This document shows positions 1 through 28,238 of a stretch of 64,000 nucleotides of DNA, piece after piece. The stretch covers positions 443,868 through 507,867 of the forward strand of contig NMRA01000078.1 of assembly GCA_002633005.1 (NCBI GenBank), read 5' to 3'. Positions within the stretch are counted from its first letter, which is position 1. Every line of letters starts with the position of its first letter. A program made the position numbers and the translations under genes. This DNA is from Phoronis australis (lineage: Eukaryota; Animalia; Phoronida). The notes beneath the pieces are model-generated. The model had not been told where the DNA came from. It saw nothing but the letters and a program-made list of their open reading frames with translations, and did not search any database.

Positions 1-24
1 CAATGCAACTCTTCATTCGGTCCA

Positions 25-103
25 TTTACCATCATTATAAACTATTTACCATCATTATAAACTATTTACCATCATTATAAACTATTTACCATTATTATAA
101 ACT
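25..103. repeat. Tandem repeat, 20-bp unit (atttaccatcattataaact) x~4
   Basis: Direct repeats read from the sequence. Confidence 0.9.
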
Positions 104-362
104 GGCCTGGGCTCGATCCTCCCACGGATGAGGAGTGATATTTCTGGATGTGAAAATTATAGGGAGAGGTGAATAACAACAACGCAACACCAAGTCAGCA
201 AGACAAAGCGACTGTATTGGGGAAAACAAATGCAAAAACAGGACTGAGGACAAAGGTAATAACAAATAATTGAGCATTTTCTCTTCACAATATATCGAGT
301 TCACAACATACTGTTAACCATGCAGTTAAGGAATGTGTTTCTGCACATGTGACAGCACATAC

Positions 363-16699
<16,337 letters not shown>

Positions 16700-16978
16700 T
16701 ACTGTTGTCTGGGTTGTATTGGATTATTTGGGTCAACAATCCTGTTTAACTAGGTCAAGTTGTACAAGCAGACGTCACTGAGGTGCCTGACCGTCACTGG
16801 TCTCCACGCGGGTATCTACTCACACACTGAGTGGTAGACTCGCATCCCTCATATGGTGCACGTGTCCGTTTTTGCTAATCACTGAAAAATCACAGGAAAA
16901 TGTGCTCGTGTTTATACCATGTCAGGTTCTGGAAACGGCTCCGTGTCCTAGAGCGGTCTCGCGAACCTACTAGTAAGT

Positions 16979-17223
16979 GGGGCCCCGGCCGCCTTCCAAG
17001 AAACTTATAACTGTGACTTTAGTCTAAGATTTGTCTCAACTTCCAAACTTTAAAATTTCCACTTCCTGTAAGATAATCAAAATTAAGACAAAAGTTGAGT
17101 CAAAAAACTTAAGTCAACATAAAAATCTCTCTGAAGCGGTCCTGAGATAAATTTAACGTTTTAATTTTTTCTTAAAATAGACCGCGGAAACGCAATATGC
17201 CCAGTTTTCTTGAAACGGGCCCC
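16979..17223. mobile_element. MITE family A, copy 2 (inverted), just upstream of the NAMPT ATG
   Basis: Reverse-complement similarity to 10634-10880; ends ttcttgaaacgggccc. Confidence 0.7.
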
Positions 17224-17548
17224 TGAACTCCAGTCCCGGACAGGTGACCACTTTGTGCACGCCTGGTCTGAGCGGCGGCCCGCGGGCCAACATGAGACAA
17301 ATACGTTAACAATTGGGTGTTGGCCAACCTGACGCCTACACATGCCATGCCTTGAGCCAGGCTGACTAACCGGTCATAATTGATTCACAAAATTAATGGT
17401 TGTTGCGAAACTGAAAAAAATCTATTCGCTAACTTCGATTTAAAAATTCAAGGATGGCTAATATTTACTTTTCAAATTTTAACAACAGTCAAGGTGGTGT
17501 TTTGCCTTCATTGTTCGATTTTTGACTTTGTATCGTTTGCCAAGTACT

Positions 17549-17777
17549 GGGTGAACGTTACGCCGTTAAAAGACGCACGTAAGTTATCTCTTGTTAGAGG
17601 CGTAAATTAATTACTTCCGGCGTAAATAATTATTTTACGCCGCAAATAATTACTTGACACTGTTAAAAGTTACTTTACGCCTCAAATAATTACTTTACGC
17701 CTCTAAATGATTACTTTCCGCCTATAGCTCTAACAAGACTAACTTACGCACGTTATTTAACAGCGCAATCTTCACCC
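17549..17777. mobile_element. Palindromic MITE with internal ttactttacgcc repeats
   Basis: ~50-bp imperfect TIRs gggtgaacgttacgccgttaaa...cgtaagtta / taacttacgcacgttatttaacagcgcaatcttcaccc. Confidence 0.75.
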
Positions 17778-18855
17778 TTACCGATCGTACGCCAGGTACG
17801 TTGGTTTACGACCGTAATTAACTCACCCAGCACAGGCAAGCCCATGAATAGCGAGTAGCTCTCTTCAGTCCGTGGCGCTGCCATCAAGCCTTTAACGAGT
17901 TTACACTCCACTCACGCACATACGCATGCGCTCGAATTCTTCAATACGCGGACCTCTTACTGAAAGCAACCAACGAGGACTAAAGAAAAAAAAAACGGGG
18001 CCACTAGGTTCAGGCCTGCCAATCGTGCATCCACGCCGAATTCCTGTGGACTTTGTGACCTCTTGTCTCATTTGCTCGGACTTATTAATTGTTTCACTGA
18101 GGCGGACCTTTTTGCCTAATTCGCCAAATTGGGGGGCTCATCGAGCCCCCCTAGCCCCCCCTCTGGGTGCGCCCATGCACACGTTGTTGTCACGGTGAGG
18201 CCGCGTACACAGGGCCTCAACGGAGTCTTGGTGTTGTCGGCCGAACTGTTGGCGAGCGCAGCGCCGCACAGAGCGGGGCCCTACAGGCGTCGGGTCCCAA
18301 CTGTCCGCAGAACTAAAAAATAAATAAAAAGCACAAAAACGCGTGAAAGCAAATAGGGCCGGTCTACTCATAGACAAGGGACTGCAAGTAGGCAAGTAGG
18401 CCTACATTAATTCATACCGTACGCTAAAAGAAATTTCGGTCATCTTTGGCCATTTGGGATTTGGAGTTTTTCAACCACAGTTGGGTCAGGCCTAACCCAT
18501 GCAATCTGATACAACAAGTTGCAGCCCAAAACGAAAAAACATGTCTCCGGAAGTCATTCCCAATAATGCAGTGCATTTTCCGATAATTTGAAGAGCATTG
18601 GTTACCATGGTTTCACTGAGTTGGACACATGGCGTGTGAGTCAAGCCCTCAGTCTTTGCGAATTAGTCATTTAGCAAAAGTGTCTTCTCTAATCGAATTT
18701 AAACGACTATTTGTGGCATTTCTTTATATTTTTGTGCTCTTTGGTAAAAAATTTCGTTTTTCATTGCCACGAGGATGAACATTGTGAACAACAAGAGTAA
18801 AAATGATTGGCAACGTCTTTTTCATAAGTGACTATGGTAAGACCTAGGCTGTATG

Positions 18856-19019
18856 CAGGGGCGGATCCAGGATTTTGAGTTGGGGGGCGGGTCAGGGCAG
18901 AGTATTAGCCAGGATTTTGCCCCGCCGTCAGACATTCGCAACCCCGAACTTCCAAATGGAATCTGGGAGAATTTTAGGGGGGAGGGCATGGCCCCCTTGG
19001 CCCTCTAAATCCGCCACTG
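18856..19019. mobile_element. CAGGGGCGGATCC-type MITE with 5-bp flanking duplication
   Basis: Termini caggggcggatcc / aatccgccactg; gtatg on both sides. Confidence 0.7.
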
Positions 19020-19227
19020 GTATGGTTGCGAGCTACTTGTGAACTGGCAATACCTTTTAAATTTCTTTCGCAGAACATCACGCAAATAATCTTCGGTTTT
19101 GAGGAAAAAGTAACAACATGGTAATTGGAGGTAATGATGAGGAGAAAGCACACGTGTACAGTATTATAGGTAGGGCAAATTTATCGTAAAAGGACAAAAA
19201 GCCCAATTGAAAATTTCTTTTGGTGAA

Positions 19228-19642
19228 NNNNNNNNNNNNNNNNNNNNNNNNNNNNNNNNNNNNNNNNNNNNNNNNNNNNNNNNNNNNNNNNNNNNNNNNN
19301 NNNNNNNNNNNNNNNNNNNNNNNNNNNNNNNNNNNNNNNNNNNNNNNNNNNNNNNNNNNNNNNNNNNNNNNNNNNNNNNNNNNNNNNNNNNNNNNNNNNN
19401 NNNNNNNNNNNNNNNNNNNNNNNNNNNNNNNNNNNNNNNNNNNNNNNNNNNNNNNNNNNNNNNNNNNNNNNNNNNNNNNNNNNNNNNNNNNNNNNNNNNN
19501 NNNNNNNNNNNNNNNNNNNNNNNNNNNNNNNNNNNNNNNNNNNNNNNNNNNNNNNNNNNNNNNNNNNNNNNNNNNNNNNNNNNNNNNNNNNNNNNNNNNN
19601 NNNNNNNNNNNNNNNNNNNNNNNNNNNNNNNNNNNNNNNNNN
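19228..19642. other. Assembly gap (N run)
   Basis: Run of n. Confidence 0.99.
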
Positions 19643-19840
19643 CTCAAACATGAGCACGGCACCAGAAATCGCTTTCGCATTATCCAAGTCTCGTTCACTC
19701 CCTTGCAATGCATTCACTAGTAAGATCAAGCTCAGATCGAGATCCACTTGTGTATTGTGCTCAATTGTCTGTCAGTAAAGCCAGGATTCGAACCTGGGTT
19801 TCCCAGATGGGAGCCCGGAGCTCAAACCAAACAGAGGTCA
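19643..19840 (-). mobile_element. Probable tRNA-derived SINE fragment, truncated by the gap
   Basis: Minus strand B box in CCCAGGTTCGAATCCTGGC; degenerate A-box region. Confidence 0.45.
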
Positions 19841-22334
19841 CACCCCGCCATCCCATCCCCTGACAGAAGTTACACCTCTGCCGCGTACCCGAGGACCTAA
19901 TGTAACGCCACTGGCCCTCGCGTGTCCATGAGAAAACTATGAAGCAGTAGTCAATTTTCGTGACATGTAAATTAGAAACCAACACATTTTGTTGTTGATC
20001 AATTTTTACAGAAGGCGGGCAATCGAGGGAACATGGCCGGGAAACGAGGCGACCCACGGTGTTTGGGGATCTCCAAGACATTCTCAGAATTATTTGTGTT
20101 AGCCTATATATATTTTGATTCATTTCAGATGTAACTACTACGGTTGATGGGTTTAAGCTGAACTCAGAACAAATCAATGATTAAGTTTTTGTACTACAAT
20201 ACTTGAGTACCTTCATCCCGGCGTTAAACTTGTACTCTGTACAAGATCATCAAAAACATCATGAGTCAGTTCGACATGTAACACGATAGTTTTTTGTAAA
20301 GAACTCCTAGTAACGATCTTAGAAAAATCTTATAAATTGTTATCATTCTATGGGGAAAAGATTTGACGATTTATCGTTGTTATATTAATTTTGTGTAATT
20401 TAAAAATAATTGTCTTCAAGTTTTTCATACATGCTTTCGTTTGCGGTCTGTCCTATTGTATTTTTCAATACAATCATTCTCGGTTGTTAGGGCAGAATGT
20501 CTTGATTCTGCTGTACTTTGCACGAATTTTGTTTTGTGTCTTTTTTGATAAATTTGGAATCTCAGTTCCTTCCTCCCTCGTGAATTTTTGTCGACCGTGT
20601 CAGATTTATGGAAGGGGCAGGAGGCCAATTCCTCTGGGCCGCCCCTTCGAAAGAGGACCCCGTTTGAAATGGGGCCCCTTCAAGTTAGTATGGGAGGCAA
20701 GAAATCAGTTAAAAATGAATGAGAGATGTAATATGAAAACATGAAATTTTTTGATCGCGCGACTGTCCAACATGGGCGGCGCGGCACTGAAATAAGTGGG
20801 AACCCCCCAGCCCCGGGTGCGCCGCCCATGTGACTAAGAAGTAATCTTCCATCAAGGATACCAAAACCGGTTTTGGCTTACTAACATATATTAAAAACGA
20901 AGTTCCCATCCAATTCTCTAACTTGACAAACCATCGACAATTAACCTTCAAAGGTTTTGAGGAAAATTTGACTCAAAAATCAAAAATAGTTTGAATCTCT
21001 TTTGAAAGTCTGATAAACGCTAGCAAATTGCACGGTAAGACTGGGGAATTACCATCCACTAAGAACTATAATATCTAATGAATCTCAGTGTGTCATAGGG
21101 AATGCGATTTCTGATTTTATCTTTCAGATTAACACCAATGGCTGCATCACCAAGTGACGAAACGATGATTGGTTTAAATCATCAAGACAGGGTTTAGTAT
21201 CCTTTTAACATCAAAAGGTTGTACGATTTCACAGAAACAGAGACATGCTCAATATAGGGACAATGGATTCCATCATGTGGACTCTTTTTCCGTGATCGAC
21301 CCCTTCAGAAAGTTATCAATATGGAATTAATGAAGATGATCCCACAAATGCTAGTCAACGGGCCTCCTTCAAGACTTGCCCCTATATATAGAAGGATCTG
21401 TATTTTCAAAAAATGAAGGAATTTATGAGCAGCACTGATCCAATCTGCCAGGTCCAACTTGAGAAAAAAGGCGAAAAAAGAGAACGACAGAAATCCCATT
21501 ACCATTGCCAGACCCCTTGCCAAAAAGGGGCCATGAAGAAAGTTTTGCATTCCTCACTTTTCTTGAATTTTGAAAATCCAGTGAAATAATAGCTCTACAA
21601 AAGCTGTTTTACAAATGTTCTCGACTTTTTCGAAATACATGGCGGAGTGGAATCACAAAAGAAATAGCAGACGCTGTTTACTAATGCAACGCAACCCATA
21701 TCGCTGATTGTTTTCAGGTGTTCTACTGAGGAAATTATATTTTTATTCTTTTTATAAAAAAATCAAAAAGTATGTAAATTGAAGACGAATAATAGCACAC
21801 AATTATAGACCGCGTTTTTGAATTCTTGCTCAGTGCAGTCACTTTCTATGAATCCACCTTTCCCAAGGCAAGTGGGTTTTATTTAAAGATCAAATTCTGC
21901 AGGCTATGTATACATCCGTGTTCCACCAACTTACTAGGCATCGCAAAAAATCATAGACGCTCGGCTAGTCTCAATCATAACGGCAAGTGTTCTTAATCAG
22001 GCATTGTTTTTGTAAGGTAAGACGGTTTTATAGCCTCCTTAAATTCTATAGTCTTGCCACATACGCTTCAGGTGTCAAGTCGCTCTGCGGCAATTGAAAG
22101 CTGGCCGGGCTGCCTTGAGTTGCTGTTTGTGCTAATTGGCACAGACTAAATAGTTGATAAGGCCCCAGTCTACTACATTATCATAAAACAAAAATATGGA
22201 CGCACAACCAGTACGCCAATTTTATTGATTTGTAAACGTAAATGCCTTAAATCGGATCGTGTCACTAATTTTCGTTACCCTTCAGGTGGCAATGCTGCCC
22301 CTCCCACCTGGCAAATCCTCACTTCGTCATTCAG

Positions 22335-22355
22335 TGCGCATGCGTATCCGGAAAT
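22335..22355 (+). promoter_or_regulatory. Candidate MRPS33 promoter: NRF-1-like site plus ETS/GABP-like site
   Basis: tgcgcatgcgta immediately followed by ccggaaat. Possible donor aga|gtatgt near 22420. The MRPS33 ATG exon starts with an acceptor, so an upstream non-coding exon is expected. Confidence 0.55.
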
Positions 22356-23205
22356 CATGGAGTTGGTGTCGTTGGTGGTCTATCTCGTTTTGTAATTCCC
22401 TCTCTCAAACTTACCCAGAGTATGTGCTTAAATCATTAAGTTGAAGTGTAATTACTGTAAAACTTGCGTAAGTCGGACATACTTAATGCAGATTTTTGCC
22501 TAACTCGGTCAAAGTTCAATGGTACGGTTGTTTTCTAATCCGTGTAGCCTGCTCCGAGTCCGTCGTCAATCTGATGACAATCATCTCTTCGGAGTTCGGA
22601 CTTCGCCTTCAGCTAATCAGACTAGTCGGGATTTTGTTATTATTGTCAGATGAAATCTCGTGACTTATGATAGTATTAATGCACATGGCTAAGAAGTTGG
22701 ACGTGCCTAGTTGTCAACTAGTCTGTCCCGCTTTTTGAAGCTAATTATCCCAGCCCCCCAGGCCGCCACACTCGGACTCGTTGCTCCAATCTCAACCTTG
22801 GCCTTAACATTTTGTCGTAACCTTCCTTAGAACTCAAAGTCACACTGTTAAAGAGTGACTGCATATTTCATGCTTTTGCTACCCCTACTTTTGTTAATCT
22901 ATTTCAAAGGCGTCGTGCATTATGACGTTGTGGCTGATATACTCTCCTAGTGATTTAGGTTATGTCTGGTTATGATGCCCTGCTTTTTTGTTGGAATGTG
23001 ACAACTATAGATGGATGCCTCAAATGTGACTCTGTTAAATGCGATATTTTTGTGGTAATTGTTAATTAGTATGCATACGTCTCTCATTGGCCTCCTACTG
23101 TTGAGATAGAGGGCACTACTGTTGCTTGCCAGTGGATTTTTAGCTTTTCGAGTTTTCAACTTAGTAAGCTCGTTCCCATACATGTTTGTACAATATACAG
23201 TAATA

Positions 23206-23301
23206 GTCAGATATAACGTTCCTGCATTTTGAGAACCAGTTTTGTTAACTAAATAATGGGCTTCAAACTGGTTCTCGAAATGCGAGTGCATTATATCCGA
23301 C
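23206..23301. repeat. Palindromic dispersed repeat, copy 2 (upstream arm 23100-23205 shared with 36502-36610)
   Basis: Same family as 1786-1881. Confidence 0.8.
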
Positions 23302-23669
23302 CGCTCCGCCAGCGATACACTACAGGCAATCTTTACTTTCACTTCAACTTAATTATTTTTTCATTAGCATTTGACGTCTGTAACATTTGGCTTAATGGGT
23401 TTGTAGTAAATAGCTGTCTGGTACCAGATGGGCAGTACATTAGTCGCTCATGGCTAGGCATCCAGTAACGGACGTGTAGCACAGGTTACAACCTTGCCTA
23501 GTCATCCGGTACTGAAAATTTAACTTTCGTTGTTAGTCGTGTGGCACCACGGATGAGTAGGAATCCAGTACTGAACGTCTAGCACAAACGTCTGTGTTAT
23601 CCAATTGGTACTTTTAAACTTTACCTGCTCTTAAGTTGATTGGAAGTTGTTGGTAATTATTAACTAAGG

Positions 23670-23904
23670 TAAAGTTCGAATGAAGACGATTTTCTAAAAT
23701 GTTGCGACATGTTTTCGCTGTAAAACATTCACCATTGTCAAGCTTTATTGAGAGAATGGATGACAAGATGGCTACAGATTCGCCGATTGCTTTCTGTAGC
23801 CATCCTTGCATCCATTCTCTCAATAAAGCTGGACAATGGTGGAGGTTTTACAGCCAAAACATGTCACTACATTTTAGAAAAGTTGTTGTCTTTATTCAAA
23901 CTTT
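23670..23904. repeat. Long near-perfect inverted repeat (foldback element)
   Basis: Arms of ~90-110 bp (tttctaaaatg...gatggctacaga / tctgtagccatc...cattttagaaa) with a 14-nt loop. Confidence 0.9.
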
Positions 23905-23988
23905 TGTTGTTTGTTATCCTATCATCCCTTGAATTCTCATATGACTATGAAGCAGTGTTACTTGATTGCTTGATCTGTGTTTTGTAGA

Positions 23989-24203
23989 ATGTCATCAGCA
24001 AGTGCCTATGCCAGGCGCATGGCCTTCCTGTCGGCCCGAATATTCGGGGAAGTTGCCAGACCCACCCGTGTGAACAACCAAAAGATTGTAAAGATCTTCA
24101 GCTCTCAGCCACTGCCGTCCAATAATCAGTTCATCAACTATTACCCACGTCACCCAGAGATCAATAAACTTTTTCTCAAACTGAGATACCATGGGCTTTA
24201 TAG
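23989..24203 (+). CDS. MRPS33: MRPS33 coding exon 1
   Basis: Acceptor tgtag just before the ATG; donor AG|gtagag. Confidence 0.95.
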
Positions 24204-25345
24204 GTAGAGTGAAATTTTACCACTGGCCCGCGTTTTGTAATGCCTAGGCCGTTTCATTTGATACACTAGAAATCAGAGTTGGGGGACAGAGTTGATCTGA
24301 GCATAAACTGTTAGAAATCGTGATTGAAATCTAAGTTTGGTACAATCTCCCTAATTTTTGACATGATATTGTTGTAAATAACCACATTTCATTTGTGGTA
24401 TATATATCAAAGGGTTCTGGTGTTGTTAATTCCTACAAGTTTTCAAAATATTGCGTGGTGTTAGCTTCGGTAAGTGCAAGGTGGTAATGCATGTATTTGA
24501 TGCTGATATCTTTTCAAAGTAAGGGAATGTAATCCCCCATGATCCTTCATATGCGTCTAACCGTACATGTTGAAACATTCACTAAATGCGTTTTGTACAA
24601 TGCCCCCTGTGGAGGCTTTGGTGAAATGCATTTAGGATGCAGCTTACAATATTACTAGCAATAGTACCTTCTGTTAGTGTGTATGCAAATTGAATTATTC
24701 TGTCGAGTCGCTTAAATGTTTGTAGGTCTAGTTATATTGTCCACCAGAAGTAGAGGGTGCTGTTGTCAATGGCACTGTTTGAATTCACGGAATTTTGTGT
24801 TACCGTGGTTCCTGCAGTCCCATACACAATGGTATCGCTAAGCAACACGTGACATTGCTAGGCAACCAGTAGCATCGCTAAGCAACGAGTAGCATTGCTA
24901 AGCAACATGCGAATGCGGAATGTGGGCATTCCTATGATTCTTAACATTATTCTCTTTAAGTCATGTAGGAAGTTAGGCTTTGCAATTTTCAAAGCCTTTT
25001 CTGAAGAAGTCCATGTCCAGAATAAAAACATTTGAATGTTGAATTTATGCATGTTATTGTTGTCTATGTCTGTGATTGGACAGTTGCTAAAAAGATTTAT
25101 CTCTGATTACAAGATTTTATTTCGCCAATGCAATGAACTTAAGTTATGCGCTATGCATTCTGTCAGATTTTCAATACTACATGAATGATAGACCTGTGCA
25201 TTTGTGTGTTATAACTCATGAATTTTTGCCATTTTACAGAGATGAACACGAGGACTTCCGAGAGGAAATGATAAGGTTACGAGAATTGAGAGGAAAGGTG
25301 AAACCGAAGAAAGGTGAAGGTCGTCGGAAAGTGCTGAACAAGTAG
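23989..25345 (+). CDS. MRPS33: Mitochondrial small ribosomal subunit protein mS33, join(23989..24203,25240..25345), 106 aa
   Basis: MSSASAYARRMAFLSARIFGEVARPT...YYPRHPE...LRYHGLYR|DEHEDFREEMIRLRELRGKVKPKKGEGRR; phase-2 GT-AG intron; stop TAG at 25343-25345. Confidence 0.96.
25240..25345 (+). CDS. MRPS33: MRPS33 coding exon 2
   Basis: Acceptor ttttacag; RDEHEDF...KKGEG motif. Confidence 0.95.
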
Positions 25346-25736
25346 TCTCACATTTTACACGAGACCGTGTGATCTCTAAATGGTGATATCTAGGAGGATG
25401 TGTTAAGGGGAGTGTGATATCAAGCAAGAGATGATATTGAGCTGGTTGTAATATCAAAAAAAGGTACGATAGCAATGAGTTGGTGATATCAACATGAGTT
25501 TGTTATCAAGTTGGTTGTGACATCCAAGGACATTGTTAGATGTGCGAAGAGGGATGGGATCACAGAACTGACCGTGGTCAGAGAAAATGAAACGGAACCT
25601 TGCACACTTCTCTGGATGGCGGTTATAAGTCAAAGCGTTTTTAAACATCAAAATGTGTTACGACGGCATTTGTTCTGCAGGCTTGTGTGGTCGACTTCAA
25701 CAAGTTGGTGCCATTAAGTCTGTTCACATTGCTCAA

Positions 25737-25890
25737 TGTGGTCTGTGTGTTCGCATTACACACAGTTTGGTCTGTGTGTTCGCATTACACACAGTGTGGT
25801 CTGTGTGTTCGCATTACACACAGTGTGGTCTGTGTGTTCGCGTTACACTCAATGTAGTCTGTGTATTTGCATTACACACAGTATGGTTTG
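25737..25890. repeat. Minisatellite, 29-bp unit (tgtggtctgtgtgttcgcattacacacag) x~5
   Basis: Direct repeats; the best-conserved units contain the inverted pair ctgtgtgt/acacacag. Confidence 0.9.
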
Positions 25891-27126
25891 TGTGGACAGT
25901 TGGCATCAAATATGTAAGAAGTGAATCAACTGTGAGATAACATGTTACCATGTGTTAACAGTTTCTTGATGGTATTCACAAGATGTATTCAACTGTGTCA
26001 ACTTGGGCATTATATTTGAATTGAAGACCTATGTTTTAATTTGATTTGGACTGAAAATTGACCAACACAAGGTCTTGTAGCTTGAAATGTGTTATTCTAC
26101 ACTTGCCACCACCCTGGGGCCACGGAAGGGCTAAAAGAATCAAAATCTGGTTTTTCTGTTACTAACCGAAGGTGCTGAATCTAAGAACGAGCAAAAAATC
26201 ACAGAAATAAAAATTTATAAATAAGTTTACTTATTGTTTATTAAAAGTGGAAACACAGTTACATGATGTGCTAAGTGACATTAAAGTTTTAATGTGCATA
26301 TTGTCTGGATAGGTTTGGCATTTGTCTCACATTTCAAAGAAAAAAATCTACTTGGAAAACTAAAAGGGTGGGCCCAGAACTGCAGTATTTTGTCCCGAGA
26401 AGTTCAGATATGTTGGTTCCAACTGAAAACAAAACTGAAAGATCTATAGTTTAACATGGTACAACTGAAAACATTTAAGGGCCAGTCTTATTCAGAATTG
26501 GTTTGATTTGTTCCAAAGCTCAAAATCCATACTCTACATCTGTGACAACTATTCTGCTACAAAAATGTTAACGAAGACCTTAAATGAGTAACGTATCGTG
26601 AAATACATGTATGATCCATTAATAATGATTGCTTAGAACCTCTGGGATTAAAGTTTGGCAGTTCTTTCAAAGATTTAACAAAGTGTGCAATTGAGTCCGT
26701 CAAGGAAAGTTTGTGAATCATGAGGAAATTTGCTTCTTATGGCATAAAGTAAAATTGGAGTTTTTGAAAATAATTAACCACATTTTCGCTAATTTCCTTG
26801 CACTACCAACATACGGTCTGGATGGTTGTAGGACACAAGTCATGCAGCAAGAAATCTTGGCTTACGGAACTGAAGTGCGTTTCAACTGCAATTTTCTCTC
26901 AGCATTCCCGCCTGGCTGACCAGTTAGTGGTGGCCATTTTGCTAACGAATACTAGTGAAGTCACATGCATATTCGCGAAATATCCTTCCTATAGCGTGAC
27001 ATTGCTATAGATTGGGCATAAGACCCATCATAGAAATGTCCTTATAGCATGACGTTGCAATTAGAATAGATATTGGGCATAAGACACATACAAATGTCCT
27101 TCCTATAGCATTACATTGCTATTAGT

Positions 27127-27390
27127 TTGGGCGTAAGGCACATCATACAAATTTTGACCGGCCACTGTAACATAGTCCGACACAGACGCATCACAGGGCA
27201 TATAGAGAGCCCAGTGTGTCCAGAGTGTGGTACTGACTTAGAAACCCCTAAACACCTGATAGAGTCTGGTCGAGCTTTTTATAAACTATGGAGCAACCTA
27301 CTGGATGGCACTGTTACATGCCTACAACATACATGTATAGTGCTTGGCAACAAATGGAAACGTCTGCGTTTTCTTAAAGGAGATGGGTAG
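27127..27390 (+). mobile_element. 3' fragment of a non-LTR retrotransposon ORF2 (I/LOA/R1-group C-terminal zinc-knuckle region)
   Basis: Translation ILTGHCNIVRHRRITGHIESPVCPECGTDLETPKHLI fits the LTGHC..H...CxxC....ET..H signature; the last Cys is lost. Confidence 0.75.
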
Positions 27391-27799
27391 ACTGTATTGA
27401 AAACTTTCGCGAAGAACCGTAACGGGGCTCTCTTGCTTTTAGCTTGAGTGTTTCGTGCAATGGGCCCAACCATGAGGCCTGCGCATGTCTGATGCACCGC
27501 ATATGACATGAGACCACCAGCACTGTTTTTTTTTTGATATTGCCATACTTGTAAGAATTTAGTTATGCAATGCAAAGCTAGTTTTTGCTCATTCATACAA
27601 TTTGATCAAAAATGAAATTTAACTCATTAAATAACTTGATGACAATAGCAACATATTTTATTTACACTATTTACATGGTGTCCATAAATTAATAGTTTTC
27701 AAATTTTCTAATGCATCAATGCAGCTGATGTGATTAGCTTCACTGGCATGTTTCACGGAGTGACTCAGTTGTCCAACATGTCCACAAGAGGGCGCCATG

Positions 27800-28238
27800 T
27801 TATGACTTTGATACTATGGGTGGTAGCACAGGCAGTCTGTCTGAACCAGGTCTGCCAGTGGACAAGGCTGAGTTGGACCGTTCATTTGACCGTCCGCTGC
27901 TGCCACGGGCCACGAATGACTGATCACCTGACAGGAAGTCGAAGGGGTCCATTTTCTCAACAGGCAGCTCTGACAGCAGGAGGTCCGTCTGCTCGCCGGT
28001 TTCCAATGCAACAGGTGATGTCTTCTGCATCATTTGAGCAGATGACAAGCTGTTGAGACTTGAACTTGATGACCTGCCACAACTAGAATCTGGTGACCCT
28101 GGGGGAAGTTCATCCATGTTGTTGTTAGTTTTGTTGACAATAGGAGCGCTGAATGATCTTTGACCTAATAGGTCAGAATCTGAAGGATCTCCGAGACCTA
28201 ACTGACTGTCTACTACCTGAGGTGCTGTGCGTGGGGCA
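27800..28238 (-). CDS. LRGUK: LRGUK terminal coding exon (low complexity, ends VLPPIVSKS*)
   Basis: 439 nt, TAA at 27802-27800; AATAAA on the minus strand at 27662-27657. Confidence 0.82.

Noticed and set aside
19078-19747. Long ORFs in the ORF track
   Set aside because: They are open only because they cross an N gap
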